A stretch of 64,000 bases of DNA from Eledone cirrhosa (lineage: Eukaryota): NCBI GenBank assembly GCA_964016885.1, contig OZ024752.1, forward strand, positions 620,001-684,000, written 5' to 3'. A program made the translations under genes and the position numbers. Position 1 is the first letter of the stretch. Each line of letters begins with the position of its first letter. Below the pieces are notes generated by a model. It worked only from the letters and a program-made list of their open reading frames with translations. It searched no databases and was not told where the DNA came from. Of this stretch, positions 54,661 through 64,000 are shown one piece after another.

Positions 54661-57600
54661 CTACAGGATGGTATACAGAGAAGGCCCATTTACACGAGCC
54701 ATTCTCGCCACTATCACCCACCTTTCATAAAACTGCCTGTGGCCAAGCACCTCTCTCTCCATTCTTATCCTTCTTCCGAAGTGATATCGGAAGAAGTAGA
54801 CCAGACTATGGCCAGAGAGGAAGTTGCCTGACCTCAGACCTTTCAATCGTGTCCACCAAACAACCTCTTTCGACATGGCTATTACGCACAGAAAAACCGC
54901 CTTTGCTTCCTTTGTGAAGAGGGGAGGCGGTTTGATTGTCATCACGGACTCGGCGGTCAATTTAATCGGCGTCACCCGCGACAGCAGTCGTTCGGCGTAG
55001 CCCCACAGATCAGCCACGCCCGGACATTGCACCAATGCGTGCGCAACGGTTTCTTCGTGACGCACGCATCTAGGGCAAATCTTTTTTGAGGGATCCCTGC
55101 CCGGGCGCCCGTGTCTGTAGAGCCTCTCTCGAACGGGTAGAGCCCCCCGGTAGCACTGCCAGGCCAGTGACTTCTGGAAGTTGTCCATTGGTCCTGGGCC
55201 GAAAGTCCTACCGAACAGGCTGGCCAGTTCGTCTTCTTCCATGTCCAGCGACTCTCCAAGGGTGTCATCGCCCAGCTAGCCACCAGCCCTCTATAGAATG
55301 ATGAGATGGATTCTCCACCGATGGCCTGGCCCGCTTGCCAGAGAGCCCTGAGCGCCTGAGCACACTCAGTGTGCCAGTCTCCCAGTTTTCCGGATCTTTG
55401 CTTGACCCAGGACTGTAGCTCGGTGAGTGAGACGAGTCTCGGAAAGGCTCGTTTCACGAACGGAGCCCACACCGGTTGACCAGTGAGGAATACCTGTAGG
55501 TGCCGTAGCCTTAATGCGTGCCTACGCATCATCAACCACGGCATCCCCAGCCCTCCTTTCGAAGGTTGTTGGCAGCAGATGGATCTTCTCACCATAGGAG
55601 GGCGCTTCTTCCAAAGAAATTGGAAGAGCATGCGTTCCATGGTGGTGAGTGTTTCCTTAGGGCAAGGCACGACAGTCAGGCAGTAGTAAGTGACGGACGC
55701 TATGTAAATGTTCGCCACCTCCGCCCGGCCTTTTAGGGACAGCTTACACTTGGCCCATTTCTGGGTTAGTGCAAACACCTTGTTCGTAACCTCGTTCCAG
55801 TTCTTTTCCACCTGGAGGTCCGGTACAAACCAGACCCCAAGCAACTTTACCGGGCCCTCCGTCCAGTGTCCGACGACACCGTCAGGAGGCATCGGTCTGC
55901 CTCTCCACGTTCCGAGTTGCAGCCCGATGGATTTTTCCCGGTTCAGTTTCGCTCCTGACAACCTTTCGTACTCCTCCAGTAAGGTACCGATCACCTCGAT
56001 TTCCGAGTCGGTCGATACCATTACTGTTACGTCATCGGCGTAGGCCGACACCGCTTTGCTCAATCCTGGTTCCAGGGGGATATCCTGCAACAACTCCAAC
56101 TTCCTCAGTAAAGGCTCGAGAGTCAATACGTACAGAAGGGAGGAGAGAGGGCACCCCTGTCGAATGGATCGTGTGATTTCGAACGGCTTCGAAAGGTAGC
56201 CGTTCACCTTGATCCTAGAACAGATGTGGTTGCTATGTAAGGCAGTGATCCAGCCTCTGAAAACAGGACCGAAGCCAGCCGCCGCTAGCACCGCATCCAG
56301 GTAACCATGGTCGACCCTATCGAAGGCCTAAGACTGATCCAAGTTGATCAGGGCCCCACCGAAGCCGGGTTTGTTGCCAACCCTCTCTATGATGTATCGC
56401 ATGAGGTGGAGGTTATCGTGAATGGACCTGGATGGGATAGCACATGTCTGCGCATCTCCCACCAGGCCACCCACGACAAGCGCCAACCTCTTTGCTAACA
56501 CCTTGGCCAAAATCTTTAACTCTGTGTTTAGCAGGGTTATGGGCCGAAAATTATTTATACTATCTCCCTTGTTCTCGTCCTTCCTCACCAGCGTGACTAC
56601 GCCCTTGGCTACAGAACAAGGAATTCTCCCGTTCTGCTGCCAATTGCAGTAGACCGCTTCGAGGAGTTCGGAGAAGAAGACCGGCATTGCTAAATAAAGT
56701 TCGTAAGGTATACCATCGAGACCTGGAGATTTGCGTCTGCTGCATTGGCTCAGCGCATCTCCGATCTCATCAGCCGAGATTGGTCCCTCGCAGGACTCTG
56801 CCTCTTCGCTCGAGAGACGCGGCAGGCCGTCGAGGTATGGACCGAAATCCACGCCCCCGCCCGGACCCTCGCCTCCCCCGAACAATCGGGCAAAGTGCCT
56901 TTGAAAGGCCTCGCACATCTGCTTAGGCTCCCGGATCACCCGTCCATCCTCGTCTTGCAACGACCGGATGGTGGATCGATTTCCACTCTTAGCTTCTGTC
57001 ACGCGGGCCCAGCCAACGGCTTTGGCCCCCTCATTACCTAGAGCACGTATTTTACTTCGAATGACGCAGCCTTCGTGCTTTGCATCGAAAAACTGGTTCA
57101 AGGCCGTCCTCGATGCCAGCACTCTGGCCACATCTTCGCTCTTGATTGCCTCTTCTAATTTACCTGTTAATTCTTTCTCGTTTCTATTCCTATCGGCAGC
57201 TAACATCTTGCTATAACTTATTGATTCTGTTCTAATCTCTCTTTTGAGAGATTCCCACCATCGGTTGTTGACGATTGCACCCGTCAACCTCTCCTTAACT
57301 AATCTGCTAATCCGGTTTCTGTAAGTCTCTTTTGCCGGTAAAGACAAATTAAGTTTCCAGTAACCGGGACCCTGTTTATGTGTTTTCTCGAGATTGACTA
57401 CGCAGGTCACTAATTTGTGATCCGTGTAGCCAACCGTGCGCATTTCTGGACAGCTTAATATGTCCCTATCCTTACCTCTGACTAAGAATCTATCTAAGTA
57501 CGATCTAGATTGACCACTGTGGTTTCTCCAAGTCCAGGTAGGCACAGTTGGAAAATCTAGTCGATATCTATCGACCAAGTTAAAACGGTCGAGTAACCCC

Positions 57601-58097
57601 TTGAGGCTGTTACACCCCCCTCTATTAGGACATGCTCCTGCATAGTCCCAACGTGCATCTAGGATGTCATTCCAATCCCCCGCTAGAAGCAGGGAACGCG
57701 ACGTTCCCAGAAAAGTCTCCAAACGCTGGAAGAAGTCGGGCCGTTCATCTCCGAAAGGGGAGTAGACGGCGACCAGTCTCAAGGCCGCACTTTCACTACT
57801 GCCAACGTCTAGCACCAACAAACGACCCTCCGGGTCCGAGTGCACAACCTGTACGGCAAGACCCAGGTGTTTTTGCAGCAGTACGACAACCCCACCCCCA
57901 CCTCCAGGTTGACAGAGAGATGCATGCACCTCAAAGTCATCGAAGGTGGGGGCCAGCTGCCGCACGACGCTGATTCGAGTCTCACAGATAACCATTACAT
58001 TTATACTACATGACCTGAGGTCATTTAGAAGCTTTGCTTGCTTCCAAGTTGAGCCCAGGCCACGTGCGTTCAAACATCCTACTCTTAACACATCCAT
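54661..58097 (-). pseudogene. LINE ORF2: APE endonuclease, reverse transcriptase and C-terminal CCHC
   Basis: APE motifs LNARGL, CET, AGDWN, YLDRF and TDHK. RT motifs KSPGLDG, NFRPITLLN, DQS*AFDRVDH, RQGCPLS and YADD. CPRC..EETVAHALVQC at the C-terminus. One in-frame TAG at 56328-56330 and one frameshift near 55275. Confidence 0.93.
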
Positions 58098-58130
58098 GTG
58101 GGCGGCAGAGCCAAAGGAGAGTGTAGAGAC

Positions 58131-60030
58131 CTACCTTTCCGCTTCCCGGGGTTCGGGTTGCACGACTTCCATGGGGTCGGGGGTGTTGGGTGAAGGGGTG
58201 TCTTGTGGTGGTGTGGCGTCGTCAGTGTGTGGTGGGGTTGGGGTGTTTGGAGTTCTGTTGGGGGAGGGGAAGGGGAGGGGGAAAGCTTTTTAGTAGGACG
58301 CGGTTTATGGGTTTGACAGAGGGTGGTCCTACGTCCTCCTTAAAATCCTTTTTTAGTTTTTGGTAGAGGTTCATTGGGATCTTTATTAGTTTTAAATGTG
58401 GGTAGTTTTCTGAAGAAACAAAGTTTACACCTTCGGTTTGTACCGAAGGATTATTGTATATGAGTTCATTTAATTTATTATTGTTTCTGTTGATGTAAGT
58501 ATAGTGTAATGTCTTTTTTTCGGATGGTGTGAGTGTTTCGAAGAGGGGAGGGGCAGGTTTGGTTTTGTTTGTTGCTGGAGGGGTGTTTTGTGTTTTGTTG
58601 GATTGTGTTGACATTTGGGTGGGGGTTGTTTGTCCTTGTGTGTTTTGCACATGTTTTCTTTTTTTCCTTTTAATCTGTCTGAAGGACTCCGTTTCTTCCT
58701 CCGAATTCGTTGGGTTATCTTCAGTGTTGGAGGGAAGAGGTATGTTTGCTGGTAATGTTTCCGTGTTGGTTTTCTTTGTGGGGGAGATGGATGTCACTAT
58801 GTTAGACTGTGTTGTGTGTTGTGTCTGCGGTGGTTGTGTTGTTTTATTGAGTGAGAGGTTGGGTGGGCCTGTATTTTGTTTTGGGGTAATGTGTTGTGAC
58901 TGTTTGTGTTGTGGTGGTGGTGTGGTTTTACTGAGGGACGGGTTGGGTGGGACTGAGTTTTGTTGTTTGTTTATCTGTTGTGGTGGTGGTGGTGGAGCTG
59001 GTGTTGGTAGCAGGGTTTTCTTTTTGTTGAGTTGGGGACAAGCGGCCTTCAGGTGCCCTCTGCCTGCACAGATATGGCAGGACGGCCTTCTCCCCTCCAC
59101 GCTAATGTTTACATACCCGTGGTCCTCTAATAGGATTCTGTCGGGTATTTGGGCGATGCGTTCAGGCTTCATTTGCACTACCAGCTCTATACCTGTTCCA
59201 CTGAACGCATTGCCTGTGGTTTTCCCAATGGAAATCACGTTGTCATTCACTGGATCGATGAAGCCAGCTATGAGCCAGCAGTAGTCCACATCTGGCATCA
59301 TTGCATCCAGCCATATGCGTTGAGTTCTTTTACCCATATAAGATGGATAAAAGGTAAAATTTTTCGAACGAATCGGTGACAAAGCACATTTTTTTGCCGC
59401 CGATTCGTTCTTCATGATAATTGCTAGGCTTCCATACAGTCTGTCTTTTCTTATGAAAGTGGTTTCATTAAGTACTTCTGTGAGTACTGTTTTGATATCT
59501 GCTTGAGAAGGCTGTTCAGGTTTTTTTGTACTGTTGTTGATGGTCCGAAACTTGACCGTTCGGCTTTCAACGTCTTTGGTGAATTCTTGAGGCATTTTTA
59601 CCGATAAAATACCATTCTCTCCTTCACTTATGTATTGTTTGGCGTCTGTGATCCTTCGTGCCACATCTGAAATATTTTCCGGTATATAAGTCAAAGATTT
59701 CTTTGTTTTCTGTGCAAATGAAATCTTGTCGTCTGCTTTGCTTTCTGTTATGGTGTTATTTTCAAATGTTATTTTTGTGTTTGTTGTGTCTTTGTTTGTG
59801 TTATTAGTATTGTCATGCAATTTTTCAAATTTTTTTTTTCCGTTGTTGGAATCCATGTCCAGATTTGTGTTTTCGTCATTTTTTTTCTCCGCAGATTCGT
59901 CTGTTTTTATTTTAATTTTTCCTTCCTTCTCTATGACGTTAGTTGGGAAGGAAGGGGGGACTAAAGCGTGCGAGCTTACAACTCTTACCCCTGTCCCCCC
60001 ACCACTATTTTCGTTCGCTGCGTTTAACAT
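58131..60030 (-). CDS. LINE ORF1 (gag-like, CCHC zinc knuckle, Pro/Thr/Gln-rich tail)
   Basis: CHICAGRGHLKAAC knuckle and a basic KRKKRK patch; ATG at 60030. The annotated frame stops at 58222, but an alternative frame continues PSPNRTPNTP...EAER* to 58131, which suggests a frameshift near 58285. Confidence 0.8.
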
Positions 60031-60256
60031 TTCTGTTAGACGATTGAAATTTTTTTGCCACAAAATTTTTTAAAACAGGTTTTTCACCTCTAGGAGGGGT
60101 AAAGATGAGCTGACCCACCGCCTGACAGTTCAGACGGGGGGTCAAGCTACACAATTGTATCAAAATTAAGTTTGAACTCACAAAATTTCCTCAATAAATT
60201 TGAACAAAACTTCTGCGCGAAGTGAATTACATCCACACTGTAGAACAGACGACATC

Positions 60257-60362
<106 letters not shown>

Positions 60363-61690
60363 CAAGAATAGCAATAAACAAGAAGCATTTTTTACATTGG
60401 TCTCAAGGCCTCGAATTTGGAGGAAGGTTACATTTGATTACATGATCGCTAGTACTTGACTGGTATTTATTTCATTTATATCGGAAGAATGAAACGCAAT
60501 GTTTATTCGGCGGTTTTAGAACTCGAAAACTGGAACGGAATGAGCCGAACAAAATACCGCAAGGCATTTTATCCGATACTCTAATATTTCTGCCAATACA
60601 GAATCTTCCAGATTGATGTCTTAAGCACCAAGAGGAGTTTTTGCCAGTATTTTGTTGCTGTTGTTTTTCTTTGTTCTTTTTTTTTTCATACTTTCATCAT
60701 TCGCTTACTCATAGGCTTCAGGGCATTATTTTCTTTAATGTCATATCCTTAAATCAATCTGGATTTGCACGTGTATTCTACTTTACAACTATTCTAATAT
60801 ATCAACTTTGGTGGAATGTGGTTATTCTTTTCATAATATGCCGTAGTGGATTATTATTTTTATCAAATGCCTTCTCTTTACCCTTTTTATATTTTGTTTT
60901 CATTATTTTATTAGCCTTTAAGAAATGATTCATTCCCAAAGAAAGTCTCACTGTTGTTTTGCTTTTAGTTATAGTGACAGTGAATAGTTGTTGATCGCCT
61001 GGGAATTGAACCACTTGTAAGGTATTAGAAGTCGAGTGCATTTCACGATGTTAGGTGGAGGAAAATGATGTTTTTCTTTAAGTTGGTAGGAAGCCCTCAT
61101 GACTCAGAGAGCTTTCAAATTAGATTAGCTTTCCGTAGATTATTATGGAAAAGATATATGTATTCCTCACAAACTGTCCGTAGCTTTCTCTCGAGAACAG
61201 CCTTTCCTTTAGCATTCGCTGATCTTATAAAGAGTATTCTACAGGAGCTGTCCACGTCTTTCCATAAGGCGTGATTTATTATCCTAAACAAATAATAATA
61301 TATAGTGATACATTCGGAAAGAATTTGTTAAATTATAACCCGTCGCTTTGTTTTCAGAAGATTTAGTGTAAAAGAAAAAATATATATATATATTTGGTAT
61401 TCGGATATAAAAGATTTGTTACTTTTAGACGATTTCTGTAGAGGGATTTTGTAACAGGCTCTGATCGATGAGTTTCGTTTCTCTTCCTTTCTGAGAAACT
61501 GTATTTCACTATAATATAACATATTTCTTGTTCAGTTTTCTTTTAAAAACAATTTAACATGTAACGCATCACTCATTTTAGTTATCTAAATTCCAGCGAC
61601 GGTGGTGTTTTCCTTTGTTAGTAGCCAGCTTTTTAAACCTCGAATTCTAATAATTAAAAAACATACAACGTACATACATACATACATACA

Positions 61691-61798
<108 letters not shown>

Positions 61799-63028
61799 CA
61801 TGCATACATAGATAGATACATCATGCATACTCACATATATACATGATTACATGCATACAGAAATATATACATACACACTTATACATATACATACGTACGT
61901 ACGTACATACATATATACATTGACATAGCGGTCCATCATCCTTTGATGAACCATGAATATTTTTTCCTAAACTTATGCCATAGAAGCTTGATAGTAAAAA
62001 TACAGGTTATCTTTCAATAAATGCAAAGAAGCGGCTCTTTTGAGAAGATCGTAGCAGTAGTCAAGCTATAAATTTAAACTAAGGAAACTTGTGACAGGAG
62101 ACAATTAGAGTTAAACATTTAACTCAATCTACGAGCAGTATGTGAAAAGGTTTGTTATTGTATGAAATTACAAGAAAGTATGACTATCAACCGTAAAAAT
62201 ACTATGAAGATTGTAAATGCTCCTCCCCAATGGTGTCCTAGAGTCATTTTGGGTGTCGTGGGGTTTGGAAAGTAAATAAACATCACATCCCCCAAGGCGG
62301 TATTGTTAAATGAAGTGCGGGGTTAGTATAGTGGAAAAGTCTCCCTTGAATTTTAGAATCTTTAGAGACGCCCCTGGTAGTTGTTGAAAATCTACCAAAT
62401 GGAAAATCACACGGGAACCTGACAGCTGGATATTGATACAGGAGGGTCACATTTAATAGGAAAGCTCTCATCAAGCTATTCCAAAAAATGCCAACAAAAA
62501 GCCAATGCTTGGTTAACTCGAACGATCTGGTAGGGTGACAGTTGCACAGACAACACACGGGCGAGGAGGTTCAAAGCATACCAACATCTACTATCAACTG
62601 AGTTTTTCACTCATCCAGTAAACCTACACTAGCATACTTATCTCTCCTGCAAACAAAATATTTCATACCCCTTCTTCTCTCTTGTAATCACTTAAATGTT
62701 GTGATGTGACTGATGTTCGTTCTGGCAATGAACCTCCTTTTCAGTCCTGTTGTCGAAATACTCAGGCCTCCTGTTAGGATCTGCAGTGAAGAAGAAAATT
62801 CATGTCCTTCACATCTCTTTTGTCGGTAACTTGAGGCTAGATTTAGATATTTACAATACAAGAGATAAAGCTGATCGTAACATTCTCATGATACATAAGA
62901 ATGATGTTTGGACAGGTTATTTACTAGTCCATTGAAGAATAATTGTTGACCAGGCGAGGAATATGGGTAAGAATAACCTTCAAGCATATTTCTAATAATG
63001 AAGGGTACGGAACTAAGAAGAATATAGC

Positions 63029-63090
<62 letters not shown>

Positions 63091-63091
63091 C

Positions 63092-63133
<42 letters not shown>

Positions 63134-63415
63134 AATAAAGCTACAGTGACGAAGAAGACTTCAGGGGATTTGGCAAAATATAGAAACAGTTGGCATAGGA
63201 TCTTTACATAACAATTAAATATCTACATAAATAATCAAATACATACACACTCACACACACACATATACATCTCCCTCTCTCTCTCTCACTCACTCTCTCT
63301 ATATATATATGCTCAACGTGGTTCTTTTCTAGAACAAACAACCGTCATCTCCCAACACACACACATACACACATACACACACACACACACATGTATATAT
63401 ATATATATGTGTGTA

Positions 63416-64000
63416 TGTATGTAAAAGGTAAACAGACATAACAACACAATCGGTACAGTATACGGAAGAAATATATTAGGGTAACGCTTGAAATAGCAGG
63501 AAGAGAGTCTTAACGTTTCCGACGCTAGTCCTTCATCAGAAGAAAGAATGAGAAATAAGATAGATTGAGGGGACGGGCGTGTTGTAATTGGAAAAAATGT
63601 CTTTAGTGAGATTAGGCATATTGAAGGTTCTAGGGTGGGAGTGAAAAATAGACGGGTGAGAAGAAGAAGGTGGTGTAAGAAGATTGTAGTAGAGGAAATG
63701 TGATAGAGAGTCGTGGAATATTTAAATGCAAGAAACAAAGAAAATTTCAATGATACGAAAGATTTCCTGATAGAAGTTTAGGTATACTCCGGGTTGGCAT
63801 CCAGTTTCGGGTGAAAATCCAATTAGAAAATCCAACGAATTTGAGAGGTCCACGTAAGCATTGATATATATATATACATATGTATGTAAAAGGTAAACAG
63901 AAATAACAACACAATCGGTACAGTATATGGAAGGAATATATTAGGTTAACGCTTGAAATAGCAGTAAGAGGGTCTTAACGTTTCGGACGCTAGTCCTTAT
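63416..64000 (-). mobile_element. Tandem direct repeat (~465 bp period) carrying hammerhead motifs; Penelope pseudo-LTR-like or retrozyme-like
   Basis: 63416-63535 is repeated at 63881-64000. The minus strand of 63508-63543 reads tctt-CTGATGAA-GGAC(tagc)GTCg-GAAA-CG-TT-aaga. Confidence 0.65.

Larger units (their letters stand above)
54446..60256 (-). mobile_element. Full-length Tx1/L1-clade non-LTR retrotransposon (~5.8 kb)
   Basis: 5' UTR, ORF1, ORF2 (APE-RT-zinc finger) and a 3' UTR ending AATAAAGAAA(TCTA)n. The 5' end abuts (TAGA)n at 60257-60360. Confidence 0.93.

Noticed and set aside
58529-60073. Cys/Val/Gly-rich and Phe/Ser-rich + strand ORFs, and other short ORFs across 54.5-58.3 kb
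   Set aside because: They are antisense or off-frame shadows of LINE ORF1 and ORF2.

Overview
This is AT-rich, microsatellite-dense eukaryotic DNA. The repeat landscape looks molluscan, probably octopus-like, but that is inference. There are no prokaryotic genes, rRNA genes, true tRNA genes or CRISPR arrays, and most of the ORF track is translated (TA)n/(CA)n/(TACA)n/(GA)n. Main contents: (1) A ~7.1-7.5 kb minus-strand Pro/Thr/Ser mucin-type repeat (35.7-43.2 kb). The ORF track shows only its antisense Val/Gly shadow. (2) A near-intact full-length Tx1/L1-clade LINE (54.4-60.3 kb, minus) plus four truncated relatives, all bounded by (TAGA)n at both ends, which suggests microsatellite-specific targeting. 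(3) A broken hATm-like DNA transposon (51.6-54.2 kb). (4) A Penelope-like GIY-YIG element with inverted termini, related fold-back elements and several minimal hammerhead-ribozyme motifs. (5) R4/Dong-like restriction-endonuclease LINE fragments in (CATA)n, decayed RTE RTs, a tRNA-derived SINE family and a hAT MITE. All calls come from reading motifs by eye; no database searches were run.
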